A program made the position numbers and the translations under genes. Below, one piece after another: positions 30,202 to 40,956 of a stretch of DNA of 64,000 nucleotides (its first letter is position 1; each line of letters starts with the position of its first letter). This DNA comes from an uncultured Gemmatimonadaceae bacterium (lineage in GTDB: Bacteria > Gemmatimonadota > Gemmatimonadetes > Gemmatimonadales > Gemmatimonadaceae): the NCBI GenBank assembly GCA_963790305.1, contig CAWBOC010000001.1, forward strand, positions 64,001 through 128,000. Direction: 5' to 3'. The notes beneath the pieces were generated by a model. That model saw only the letters and a program-made list of their open reading frames with translations. It did no database searches and was not told where the DNA came from.

Positions 30202-31589
30202 TAGCGTGTTTGCTCGTAGATGAAGAAAGCGCCGAGGGCCACAAGCATCACGACGGCGAGCCAAAGCCAGAGGGGAAAGCCACGGCCCTTGGCGGGAGCT
30301 TCAGGATCTTCTGCGCCCGGAGCAACAACTGGAGCGGATGGCTTGGTGGGCTGTACGGGCGCCCCTGGAGCAGGGCGAGGCCCACGGGGCATGGAGAAGG
30401 CCCGCGTGCCCTTCACGTCTTCCGCCGCGCCGCTGCCGTCGTCCGCCCGGAACGCCACCTTCACGCCGCCGAAGCGAAGGTCCGGCGCCCCTTCGAGCTT
30501 GTACTCCGTCTCCACCCGTCGCCCGCCCACATACGTTCCGTTGGTCGACCCCATGTCCACTACGTACCAACCCGCTTCTCGTTTCTGCAGCTTGGCGTGG
30601 GCGTCCGACACCGATTCATCGGGAAGAACGACGTCGTTGTGCGCGCCACGCCCGACGTGCGCGAGCGGACTGCGCACCTCGAACCGCTGCCCCTTCAGCA
30701 CGCCAGTCGACAGAACCTCGAGCGTTGCCAGGACAGGGCGTCCCGAGGCGGGAGGCGTCGTGATACTCCGCGGCGCGATGATCGGCGTCGGCGCGCCTGC
30801 TCCACTGGCCGGCGTACCGGGTGAGGGAGCGACCGCTTCCTCTCGCGCTTCTGATCGAACTGCCGCGGCGGCACGGGCCGCCTGCGCGGCAGCCGCGGGC
30901 TCGGCAGGCGTTGGCGTGACGTCGGACGGGGTGGCGTCGACCACGAGATCGGCATAGAAGCGGAAGTCCTCGTTCCCCACACGGACGATGTCCCCACGAC
31001 CGAGGGTTTGCGTCGCCGAAACGCGCTCGCCGTTCACGAACACTCCGTTCGTGCTGGTGTCCTTGAGAACGTAGCCTTCGTTCGACGGGTTGATCTGCGC
31101 GTGCCGGCGGGACACCTCCGCGGTGGGCACGACGACGTCGCATGATGCGTCGCGTCCGATCACCAGTCCTTCGGCGGAAATCGCATATTCGCGCCCGTCG
31201 ACGAGCGAGACGAGCCGGCCGCCCGATGCCTGCGTGCGACGCGGGGTCCGAAGCGGCGCGGCGCCCGACCGCTGGGGAAGGTTCGCGGCGGAGATGTACT
31301 GGGTGCTCCCGGCCATCCGGTCGTCCCCGAAGAACAGCTCCGACTCGCCGACCTCGATCTTGTCACCGTGGATCAACGGCGTCGGCTCGGCGCCGAGCTG
31401 GACGCCGTTGACGCGAACCGCCGACTCGCCGGAGCGTCGGACGCTGGATTGAAGGTCGGGTCCTACGCGAAGGATGGCCGTGGCCTCCCCCGCCCCCGTC
31501 ACTGTCACGCCGGCGTCATGGCCGGAGCCAATCGTGACTTCCCCGATCTCGAGCGTAATGCGTTGTCCGTCGAGTTGGAGATAGGGCAT
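30201..31589 (-). CDS. Triple-FHA-domain protein with C-terminal TM anchor
   Basis: One degenerate FHA-like unit plus IGRD..VSRRHA..STNG and VGRG..VSDAHA..STNG; C-terminal hydrophobic helix. Confidence 0.85.
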   Translation of the reverse strand: MPYLQLDGQRITLEIGEVTIGSGHDAGVTVTGAGEATAILRVGPDLQSSVRRSGESAVRVNGVQLGAEPTPLIHGDKIEVGESELFFGDDRMAGSTQYISAANLPQRSGAAPLRTPRRTQASGGRLVSLVDGREYAISAEGLVIGRDASCDVVVPTAEVSRRHAQINPSNEGYVLKDTSTNGVFVNGERVSATQTLGRGDIVRVGNEDFRFYADLVVDATPSDVTPTPAEPAAAAQAARAAAAVRSEAREEAVAPSPGTPASGAGAPTPIIAPRSITTPPASGRPVLATLEVLSTGVLKGQRFEVRSPLAHVGRGAHNDVVLPDESVSDAHAKLQKREAGWYVVDMGSTNGTYVGGRRVETEYKLEGAPDLRFGGVKVAFRADDGSGAAEDVKGTRAFSMPRGPRPAPGAPVQPTKPSAPVVAPGAEDPEAPAKGRGFPLWLWLAVVMLVALGAFFIYEQTR

Positions 31590-31703
31590 GGCGTGGAGGT
31601 CGGCGCTGAAACGCGCGAGCGAGCGGGGTGCGAGACGCGACGCATCCCTCGCGTGCGCTTCATTGAGGAAGCTACGACGGCCCCGGGGCCGCTGGCAAGC
31701 ACA

Positions 31704-33568
31704 TTAGCCGGCGCGCGCGGTCTCGCGATCACCAGCCGCCAGCCCGGCCTGAAGCCGAAAGAGCCGTTCATACGAGCCCGCCGCGCGCCAGGAGCTCGCG
31801 ATGCGTCCCGCGCTCGCGAATCGTTCCGTGATGCAACACGAGTATCTCGTCAGCCCCCATTACCGTGCTGAGCCGGTGCGCCACGGCGATCGTCGTCCGG
31901 CCAGCCATGAGCACCGCCAGGGCGCGCTGGATCTCGGCCTCGATCTCGCTGTCCACCGCGCTCGTCGCCTCGTCGAGCAGCAGCAACGCTGGATCGGCCG
32001 CGATCGCTCGCGCGAACGACAAGAGCTGCCGCTCTCCAACACTGACCGAGGCCCCACGCTCTCCAAGCTCATGCGCGTATCCGTTCGGGAGGCGCCGAAT
32101 GACTCGATCGGCTCCGACCTGCGTGGCGGCCGCGACGACCGCTTCATCGGTCAACGGCGCCGACAATCGGATGTTGCCGGCGATGTCGCCCGCGAAGAGG
32201 AAGATGTCCTGCTGCACGTAGCCGATGAGCGATCGGAGGGTTTCGAGAGGCAGCTCTCGAATGTCGCGCGCCGGCCCGTCACCGATCGCGATCGTTATGC
32301 GGCCACGCTGCGGATCGTAGAACCGGAGCAGAAGCGACACGATCGTCGTCTTGCCCGCGCCGGTGTGACCGACGAGCGCGACTGTCTCGCCCGGCCGCGC
32401 GCGGAAGCTCACCCCCTTGAGCACCCACTCGGGCTCCGCATAGGCGAACCAGACGTTGTCGAATTCGATGGTCACTGCGAGGCGCTAGAGGCGCTAAGGG
32501 CGCTGAACTGCTCATGGTCGTCTCAGCGCCTTCAGCGCCTCTAGCGCCTTCAGCGCCTCTGATCGTCGGTTCCGTGTCCAGCAACTGAAAAATTCTCTCG
32601 GACGAGGCCATTGCTCCCTGCAGAATGTTGTACTTCTCGGAAAGGTCCTGCAGCGGCTGGAAGAATCGGCGCACGAACTGGAGGAAAGCCGCCACCGTTC
32701 CGACGGTGAGCGTGTTCGCGGCAACGCGGTCGGCCCCGGCGACGATCAGACTTGCCAGCGCCACCGACGTCAGCACTTCGATCGCGGGAAAGTACAGGGC
32801 GTAGATCCTGATCGAGCGCAGGTGCGCATCGAGGTGCGAGCGGTTCCATTCATCGAAGCGCCGGGCCTCGTCCTCTTCACGACCGAAGAGCTGCACGACG
32901 CGCATGCCGGTGAGGCGCTCTTGCAGGAACGCGTTGATCCGCGCAAGTCGCGTGCGGATGTCGCGGTACACCTCGCGCACGTGCTTCCTGAAGATGTGCG
33001 ACGTCAGCAGCACGAATGGGATGACGGCGAACGCCGCGAGCGCCAGTCTCCAGTCCATGACCAGCATGACGACGCTGATCACGGCGAGCGTGAACAGGTC
33101 GCCGACACCGGCGACGACGCCGGCGGTGAAGAGCTCGTTCAGCGCCTCCACGTCCGATGTCACCCGCGTGATGAGCCTGCCGACGGGCGTCCGATCAAAG
33201 AACGGAATCGACAGACGCTGGAGATGCGTGAAGATCTGCATCCGCAGGTCTCGCATTACACGCTGGCCGAGCAGGCTGGTGAGGATCGTGCCCGCGTACT
33301 CGAGCGTGAACTGGATCACCAACGTCGCGGCCAGCAGCAATGCGAGCTGCATCACCAAACCGACGTTCCTCGCGGGGAGGGCGACGTCGATCACTTCTCG
33401 GGTGAAGAGCGGTCCGGCGAGCGCAAGCACCGCCTGCGCGAGAAGAATCGCGATCGCGCCGACGAGAAGCGCCTTGTACGGCGAGAGATAGACGAGAAGG
33501 CGCCTCATGAGGCGCCCGTCATACGCTTTGCCGAGGACGTCTTCTTCGTGGAATTCAGCGCCGGACAT
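31704..33568 (-). CDS. ABC exporter (fused permease + ATPase); frameshifts near 32475 and 31770
   Basis: TMD ORF 32279-33568; NBD GHTGAGKTT, SVGERQ, LDEATS; alternate frame restores GGLYERLFRLQ ending at TAA 31704. Confidence 0.85.
32478..32560. repeat. Family-B palindromic element inside the ABC exporter TMD-NBD linker
   Basis: gaggcgctagaggcgctaagggcgctga...tcagcgccttcagcgcctctagcgccttcagcgcctct. Confidence 0.85.
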
Positions 33569-33726
33569 GCATCACGATCCTATCGACGCGCGGCGAGCAG
33601 GTCAACGCGAGAGCCGCGCATGGTACGCGGGTTGCGTACCCCCGGGGCAGGACGATGTACTCGCAGTTGCCTTTCACAGGCGTGGCCCGGGTCCTCGGGC
33701 CGGCACCTTCACCCTCGGAGGGAAGG

Positions 33727-33996
33727 ATGAGTATAGTCGCATGGATCGTGCTCGGTCTCATTGCGGGCGCGATCGCGAAAGCTCTCATGCCGGGTAACGA
33801 TCCCGGTGGCTTCATCGTGACGATCCTGATCGGTATCGTTGGCGCTTTCATCGGCGGATACGCCGGCAGCATGATCGCCGGGACCGGGCTTACCGGGTTC
33901 TCAGTGTGGAGCATCATTCTCGCGATCGTCGGCGCAATGCTTTTGCTGTTCATCTATCGCATGGTGACACGAGGACGCAGTACACCGCGTGTGTGA
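33727..33996 (+). CDS. GlsB/YeaQ/YmgE family membrane protein
   Basis: MSIVAWIVLGLIAGAIAKALMPG..GIVGAFIGG. Confidence 0.9.
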   Translation: MSIVAWIVLGLIAGAIAKALMPGNDPGGFIVTILIGIVGAFIGGYAGSMIAGTGLTGFSVWSIILAIVGAMLLLFIYRMVTRGRSTPRV

Positions 33997-34000
33997 AGAA

Positions 34001-34053
34001 GCGGAATACGGAATGCGGGTGACCGGCATCGGTCCCCGCATTCCGTATTCCGA
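34001..34053. repeat. Family-C heptamer palindrome between the GlsB paralogs
   Basis: gcggaatacggaatgcgggtgacc..ggtccccgcattccgtattccg. Confidence 0.75.
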
Positions 34054-34088
34054 CTCCAGGTAGTCCTGCTCCCACCCATCATTCCGCA

Positions 34089-34376
34089 GTGCCGCTCTGG
34101 CTCTACTGGATTCTCCTCGGTTTCCTCGCCGGGGGGCTCGCAAAGTTCCTCGTTCCGGGACGCGACCCCGCCGGTTGCCTCATCACGATCGCGCTCGGCA
34201 TCGCGGGCGCCTTCATCGGCGGATGGCTCGGCACCTTCTTCGGATGGGGCCGCATTACTCAGGGCACGCTGAATCTCCGGTCGGTGGGAATCGCGACCGT
34301 CGGGGCGGCGGTGCTGCTGGTTCTCGGCCGAGTGCTCCTGAAAAGGTCGTCGAGGTCGCCGAGGTCGTCGAGGTGA
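34089..34376 (+). CDS. GlsB/YeaQ/YmgE family membrane protein (second copy)
   Basis: WILLGFLAGGLAKFLVPGRDPAGCLITIALGIAGAFIGG. Confidence 0.88.
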   Translation: MPLWLYWILLGFLAGGLAKFLVPGRDPAGCLITIALGIAGAFIGGWLGTFFGWGRITQGTLNLRSVGIATVGAAVLLVLGRVLLKRSSRSPRSSR

Positions 34377-34444
34377 CCGAGGTGAGGTAGTCGAGGTGCA
34401 GTCTCCTCGATCACCTCGACAACTTCGATTACCTCGATCACCTT
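34343..34444. repeat. Palindromic tandem-repeat element, family A
   Basis: aaggtcgtcgaggtcgccgaggtcgtcgaggtgaccgagg...cctcgatcacctcgacaacttcgattacctcgatcacctt. Confidence 0.85.
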
Positions 34445-34450
34445 TCTTAC

Positions 34451-37379
34451 ATGAAGTCCCACATCCGTATCCGAGGAGCACGACAGAACAATCTCAAGGG
34501 ATTCGACCTCGACATACCGCGGCGGACGTTCACGGTGGTCACCGGGCCATCCGGGTCCGGGAAGTCGTCGCTCGCGTTCGATACGATCTACGCCGAGGGG
34601 CAGCGCCGATATGTAGAATCGCTCTCCGCCTATGCGCGCCAGTTCCTCGAGCGCATGGAAAAGCCCGACGTCGATTTTATCGACGGCCTCTCTCCCGCCG
34701 TCGCCATCGAGCAGAAGAATCCGACGAAGACGTCGCGGTCTACCGTCGGCACCGCGACCGAGACGTACGACTACCTCAGGCTGCTGTGGGCACGCGTCGG
34801 ACACACCTTCTGCCCCGTGTGCGACCGGGAGATGAAGCCGGACACGGCGCAGTCGGCGGTCGAGGAGATCATGCGCCTGCCCGAGGGCACGCGCTTTTTT
34901 GTGGCCTTCCCGCTTCGCCTATCGAGTGAAGTCACGCACGGCCTCGTCGTCGAGAATTTGCGCGCGCAAGGCTTCCTGCGCGTGTCCGTCGACGGCGAGA
35001 TTCTGAACCTCGAGGACCTCGGCTCACGGCGCATCGACCTGACGAAGGCTCGCGAGCTGCTGGTGGTCGTGGACCGACTCACCGCAGCGCCGGATGCGCT
35101 GCGGCGCCTGTCCGATGCCGTCGACACCTGCTTTCGCGAAGGCGATGGCGAGTGCGTCGTGGTCCCGTCGTCTCCCGACATTCCCCGCAAGCGTTTTTCC
35201 GATCGCTTCGAGTGCGCCTACGACGGCACACGTGCGCCGACGCCGACGCCGCAGCTTTTTTCGTTCAACAGTCCGCGTGGCGCCTGTCCGACGTGCAACG
35301 GCTTCGGCGCGACGCTCGAGTATGACGAGGGATTGATCGTTCCGTACCCGGAGCGCTCGCTGCGCGAGGGCGCGATCCATCCGTGGACAATGCCACGCTA
35401 CGAGAACAAGCGTCGGGCACTGGCCGAGTTCGCGAAGCGGATGCGCATCCCGCTCGAGACGCCCTGGCGGGAGCTGAGAACGGACCAACGCGGGGAGCTC
35501 ATGCACGGGAAGTCGCGGGGATACAAGGGAATATTTCCATTCCTCCGCGATCTCGAGGAGAAGCGGTACAAGCAGTACATCCGCGTCTTTCTTCGCCAGT
35601 ATCAGTCTGCGCGCGAGTGCCCCGCCTGTCATGGTGCCAAGCTGCAGCCGGAGGCGCTGCGCGTGCGCATCGCCGGCCGGTCCATCGCCGAAGTGGCTGA
35701 GCTTTCGGTCGAGCGACTGCTGCCCTGGCTCGAGACGGTGGAGCTCACCCCCTTCGAGCGCGAGGTGGCCGAGAACGTCCTCAACGAAGCTCTCTGCCGC
35801 GTCCGCTTTCTGGACGAAGTCGGGCTCGGCTACCTGAGCCTTCACCGGGCGACGCGCACCCTCTCGGGCGGCGAGGCGCAGCGCATCGGCCTGGCGAACT
35901 CGTTAGGGTCGCATCTGGTGGACACGCTGTACGTCCTCGACGAGCCGTCGATCGGCCTCCACCCGCGGGATCTCGACCGCCTTCTGCGGCTGCTCGAGCG
36001 GCTGCGCGATGAGGGCAACACGGTGCTGGTGGTGGAGCATGATCTGGAGGCCATTCGTCGCGCGAACTGGATGGTGGAGCTCGGCCCCGGCAGCGGCGAG
36101 AACGGAGGGCAGATCGTCTTCGCCGGTCCAATGTCGAGGGCCCACGAGTCGCCGCTCACCGGCGCCTACCTGGCAGGGACGAAGACGATTCCGCTTCCCG
36201 AAGAGCGCCGCCGCGTCGGGTCCGCGATGGATCACCCTCACCGGCGCGCGCGAGCACAACCTCACCGGCGTCGACGTCCGCGTGCCGTTAGGCGCCATGA
36301 CGGTCGTGACCGGCGTGTCCGGCTCCGGCAAGAGCACGCTCGTGCACGACGTCCTGTATCGCGCGCTCGAGCAGCGGATTCACGGCGAGCACACCGCGAA
36401 ACAGCATCTCGGCGAGTCGGTCGGGGCGTTCGACGACATCACCGGATATGAATCGCTGGAGGACATCGTCCTCGTCGATCAGTCGCCGATCGGCCGCTCG
36501 CCGCGGTCGAATCCGGTCACGTACGTGAAGGCGTTCGACGAGATCCGCCGCATCTTCGCCGACGCACCGCTGGCGCGGCAGCGCAGCTACACCGCGGGGA
36601 CCTTCAGCTTCAACGTCGCCGGCGGCCGATGCGAGCGGTGCGAGGGCGCTGGTCATCTCGAGATCGAGATGGTCTTCATGGCCGACGTGTACGTGCCGTG
36701 CGATGAGTGCGGGGGCAAGCGCTTCAAGCCGGACGTCCTCGAGGTGCGCGTGAATGGTCGCAACATCCACGACGTCCTCGGCCTCACGATCGACCAGGCC
36801 ATCCGCGCGTTCCCGCGTGAGGAGAGGCTCGGACAGGCGCTCTGGCAGCTTCAGCAGGTCGGGCTCGGATATCTGCGGCTGGGCCAGCCCGCACCGACGC
36901 TCTCGGGTGGCGAGGCGCAGCGCATCAAGATCGCGCGCGAGCTGGCGCTGGCTGGGCGCGCGACCGGACGGAAGATGTACGTGATGGATGAGCCGACGAC
37001 GGGGCTGCATTTGGAGGATATTCGGCGGCTCGCCCGCGTGTTCGATCGCCTGCTCGACCACGGGCATACGCTCGTGATCATCGAGCACAACCTGGACGTC
37101 ATCAAGCTGGCGGACTGGATCATCGATCTCGGTCCCGATGGCGGCGATCGCGGCGGGCGCGTTGTCGCGATGGGACGCCCGGAGGAGATCATTCGCGTGC
37201 CGGAGTCACACACGGGGCGTTGGCTGGCGCCACTTCTCGGCTCGGCGACACGGGTGGGATCGCGCGCCGAACAGTACGTCGGGAGAGAGGAACGCGCGGC
37301 CGGCGTAAGGCATTCGTTTCGGTTGACTTGCCTCTCGGAGCGGCCTAATTTTCTTCATTCCCACTTCATTCCCGGGTAG
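34451..37379 (+). CDS. uvrA: Excinuclease ABC subunit A; frameshift near 36222, true 3' end probably near 37308
   Basis: [31 protein letters not shown], two LSGGEAQR motifs, GVSGSGKST, Zn-finger CxxC pairs. Confidence 0.93.
37323..37351 (+). promoter_or_regulatory. Putative sigma70 promoter of tRNA-Asn
   Basis: TTGACT-17 bp-TAATTT just upstream of the tRNA. Confidence 0.55.
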
Positions 37380-37443
37380 CTCAGCCGGTCAGAGCATCTG
37401 ACTGTTAATCAGAGGGTCGTGGGTTCGAGTCCCACCCCGGGAG
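37370..37443 (+). tRNA. tRNA-Asn (GTT), CCA not encoded
   Basis: Acceptor TCCCGGG/CCCGGGA, D arm GCTC..GAGC, anticodon arm TCTGA-CTGTTAA-TCAGA, T arm GTGGG-TTCGAGT-CCCAC. Confidence 0.96.
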
Positions 37444-37478
37444 CTGTTGAAACACAAAGACTTATGGAAAGCGGCTGC

Positions 37479-37535
37479 CACCGCGCAGGCGGTTGATGAC
37501 TCCTCCCTCGGGCTCACGCTCGGCGGGAGGATTTT
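37479..37535 (+). ncRNA. Possible 3' remnant of a fluoride (crcB) riboswitch plus hairpin
   Basis: ACCGC-GCAG-GCGGT-TGATGACTCCT resembles the motif's 3' half; 5' GGCGATGGAGTTCGCC-like part not found; directly upstream of crcB. Confidence 0.4.
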
Positions 37536-37551
37536 CACTTTCGGAGGTTGG

Positions 37552-37933
37552 ATGGTCGGACTTGCGATATTCCTCGGCTCGGGACTAGGCGGGCTCGCGC
37601 GTTATGCAACGGGGATTTGGGTCCAGGACATGACCTCCTCGGAATTCCCATGGGGAACGCTACTGGTCAACGTGAGCGGTTCCCTCCTGTTGGCATTCGT
37701 ATACGGAATACTCGACAGCACCTCGGCTGCGCCGGAATGGCGTGCTTTTCTCGGCATTGGCGTTCTGGGGGGGTATACGACGTTCTCTGCGTTCAGCTAC
37801 GAGGCCATGCGGCTCATGCAGGACGGAGAGTGGGGCCACGCGATTGGGTATGTTCTCGGTAGCGTCATCGTCAGCCTGGCAGCCGCCCTGCTTGGCATTC
37901 CGCCTGGCCTCGGATCTTCTTCGGTGGAGGTGA
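37552..37933 (+). CDS. crcB: Fluoride efflux channel Fluc/CrcB (frameshift near 37895)
   Basis: GSGLGGLARY, FPWGTLLVNVSGS, GVLGGYTTFSAFSYE. Confidence 0.9.
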
Positions 37934-37936
37934 GCG

Positions 37937-38287
37937 ATGACCCAGGCTTTCACCGGGGAGCGGACGCTCATGCGCATCCATATTGGGGAGCGCGACAAGC
38001 ATGGGGGCAAACCATTGTACCGGGCGATTGTCGAGCTCTTGCGCGAGCGACACTACGCCGGCGCTACGGTGCTACGAGGGATAACTGGGTTCGGGGCGAC
38101 GGCACGTCTTCACACCAACCGCATCGAGGTGCTGTCGCTCGATTTGCCTATTGTCATTGAGTGTGTTGAAACCGAGGAGAAGATTCAGGCCATTCTGCCG
38201 GAGCTCGACACGATGATCGCGGGCGGGCTGATTACGCTCGAACGTGCCCGGGTAATCATGTACCGCCCGGCGAAATCGACTGGTTAG
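37937..38287 (+). CDS. DUF190 family (PII-like) protein
   Basis: MRIHIGERDKHGGKPLY..GATVLRGITGFG..LSLDLPIVIE; usual crcB neighbour. Confidence 0.9.
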   Translation: MTQAFTGERTLMRIHIGERDKHGGKPLYRAIVELLRERHYAGATVLRGITGFGATARLHTNRIEVLSLDLPIVIECVETEEKIQAILPELDTMIAGGLITLERARVIMYRPAKSTG

Positions 38288-38637
38288 CGGTCTCGTCGAA
38301 GGCTGCTCTATCTCGAAAGCGAGCATGCGCACCTTCGAGAGTCTCCTTGGGCGCCGATCCGGCCTACGACTAGGTGCAGCAAGGCGGGTCCGGCATTGGG
38401 CGGTCATCCTGATCGCATTTGCGGCCGGTTGCTCCGCCTCCAATGAGCGATCCCGAGAAGCGCGTGCCACTGGGCCGCTCGGCGTCTAACGCCGCGAGTA
38501 TCGCCCAGCCGATACGCGCGGCACTCGAGAGCTTCGCGGCGCGTACCGGCGCAAGCCACAGACAGGAGAGCGCTGCAAGCCTCGAAGATAGCACCGAAGA
38601 TCAGTGATCTGGGAGGCCGACCGGACGTGGTCGCGGC

Positions 38638-38961
38638 CTAACGCGGCTTTCGGTTGACGCGATCGGCTTCCCGCGCCGCGCCATGGTCGCTTCTCCAAGA
38701 ACCCGACCCGATCCGGTCGACGGTACTGTCGTCGCTCGGCACGTCGGATTCAGACAACCGCTTCTGCGCAGCGCGACCGAGGGCGGCGCCCGCGGCGAGG
38801 AGGCCGCCCGCCGCGATGAAAGCGAGCTTGTACATCCCTACGGTGATCATCCACGGCGGCAGCTGGTCAACCCGAAACCCGAGCGCCAGGGCCACTCCGG
38901 CCGCGCCGCCAACGAGCACGCCGAGCATGACGAGACTTTTCGAAACCGTCGAGGAACGCAT
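38638..38961 (-). CDS. Small two-TM hypothetical protein
   Basis: ATG with upstream GGAGG; two hydrophobic helices. Confidence 0.55.
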   Translation of the reverse strand: MRSSTVSKSLVMLGVLVGGAAGVALALGFRVDQLPPWMITVGMYKLAFIAAGGLLAAGAALGRAAQKRLSESDVPSDDSTVDRIGSGSWRSDHGAAREADRVNRKPR

Positions 38962-39056
38962 GCGAGACCCTCCGTCCGGGTGATCCGGGCAAATCGCCAG
39001 CCGCGCTCACGTCCTCGGAGCTCGTACCATTTGAAGCAGACGTAGCGCTGGGGCCA

Positions 39057-40936
39057 CTAGAGAATTGGTTGGTTGCGAGATTGAGGGTCGGGCTGAGCAG
39101 CAGGATGGTCTGTGTCGAGAAGCGCGCGGGCCGCGTCTGCGAATGGCGACTCAGAAATACGATGTCGTCGCCCCGTTCCCAAGTCTGCTCGGGGTGCGAC
39201 ACATCGATACTTGAGGCGCGGAGGCGAGCAATGGGGACGAGGCCCTCGGGAAGTGTCATCTCTCGTAAGGGGTGGTTAGGCCAGCCGGTCCTGATGCTGT
39301 ACGTCATAAACCACGCTTCTCCGTGGTCGATCTCGTACTCCCACGCGCGCACATCAACCGGCTGGCCGAAGGCGAGATTGCCTCCGACCCGGTCGATGAG
39401 TCGAGTGCCCGCGCCGCGGCTCGGATGCCCGAGTGCCGGGTAGGCTCGCGCGATTCCGAAAGCATCGTGCGCCAGATGCGCAGCCAACGCGTTGACTTCC
39501 GAGTTCGTCGTCACCGCGACAAGCGTCTCCGCTTCCTCGGCGCCAACGGCTTCGAGAGTTGCTTCGTCGAGCGCGTTACCCTCGACCGCCTCAATACCGT
39601 TCGCAAGCGCATCGGCGATCAAACCGTGATTGCGATCGACGAGCACCACTGGCCGGCCGTGTTGCCGTAGTACCTCAGCGATGCCTCGGCCGAGAGGACC
39701 GGCGCCGACGATAATCGCTCGACTTCCTTCGAGGCTGTGAAGACGGAGAAGGCGAGCCAGAGGCGCGGCGGTCAACCCCTGGAGCGTGACAGTGAGCCCA
39801 ATGGTGAGAAAGGTGATCGCCAGGAGCCGGGACCCCTCGGAGAATCCCGCATCGGTAAGCGCGAGAGCGAACAGAGAAGCGACGGACGCGGCGACGATCC
39901 CTCGCGGTGCAATCCACGAAGCGAAGAGCTTTTCCCGCCAGGGCAGAGGCGATCGTCGAAGCGAGACGGCGACGTTGAGCGGACGCACGAGCAGCATCAG
40001 GGCGAAGACAGTTGCCACGCCACGCCAACCTTCCTCTCTCAAGACCTCGAGAGGGAGGTTCGCCGCGAGCAGGACGAAAATGAGACTGATGCCGAGGACG
40101 GTGAGCTGTTCCTTGAACAGGCGAAGTCGCCGCTCGTGAGGCACGGCGCCGCGTTGAAGGGCGAGTCCCATCGCCACCGCTGCGGTGATGCCGGATTCAC
40201 TCAAAGCCGCCTCGGCGATTCCGAAAACGACCCAGGCTCCTGCTAAGGCAACGAGATTCGCCAGCTCCGCGGGCACCAGGCGCGGCCGCTTGAGCAGCAA
40301 TGACAACACGAACCCCCCGACGGCGCCGACACCCAGACCGATTAGCAGCCGCCCAATGTATCCCCAAACTCCGCTGAACACGCCGATCGGATGAACACCC
40401 GCCATCCCGAGGACGACGTCGACGACCGCCACAGCGAGCACTGCGCCGATCGGATCGATCAGAATCGCCTCTCCCTCGAGAATCGTCCGAAGTCTCCGGG
40501 GCAGCGGCACGCGCTTCAGCAAGGGCTGCACGACGGTCGGGCCGGTGACGGTTACGAGGGCACCGAAGACGATGGCTACCGGCCAGCTGAGCTGCGCGAG
40601 GAATCGCGCGGCGAGGATGGCACCCGCCCATGTAACCACGACTCCCACCGTGACGAGACTACGAACCTCCGCGATGGCGCGTCGGAGATCGCCCAGACGG
40701 AGATTCAGAGCGCCATCGAAAAGGATGATGGCAACGGCCAGCTTTACAATGACTGGCAGCCCAGCCCCGAGCGCGTTAGGCTGGACGACATTGAACACCG
40801 ACGGGCCGAGCAGCACGCCGATCGCGAGCAGCGGCACGATGGCCGGGATCCGGAGCCGATGCGCAAGCAGCTGCGCCAGGAGTCCGGCACCGGTCGCCCA
40901 AACGATCGTCAGGAGGACGGCACCATCACCATGCAT
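39057..40936 (-). CDS. CPA1 (NhaP-type) cation:proton antiporter with TrkA-N/RCK domain; 3' frameshift
   Basis: ILFDGAL, VTGPTVV, EGEAILIDP, PRGIVAA, IVGAGPLG; alternate-frame stop at 39057. Confidence 0.85.
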
Positions 40937-40956
40937 CTGGATCGACTCGAAGGTTG

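Noticed and set aside
36200..36240. Programmed frameshift in uvrA (and in nhaA, crcB)
   Set aside because: No slippery heptamer seen; indels are widespread in this half of the window, so error is more likely.
37308..37379. uvrA C-terminal extension overlapping tRNA-Asn
   Set aside because: It runs through the tRNA promoter; more likely an indel hides the stop near 37308.
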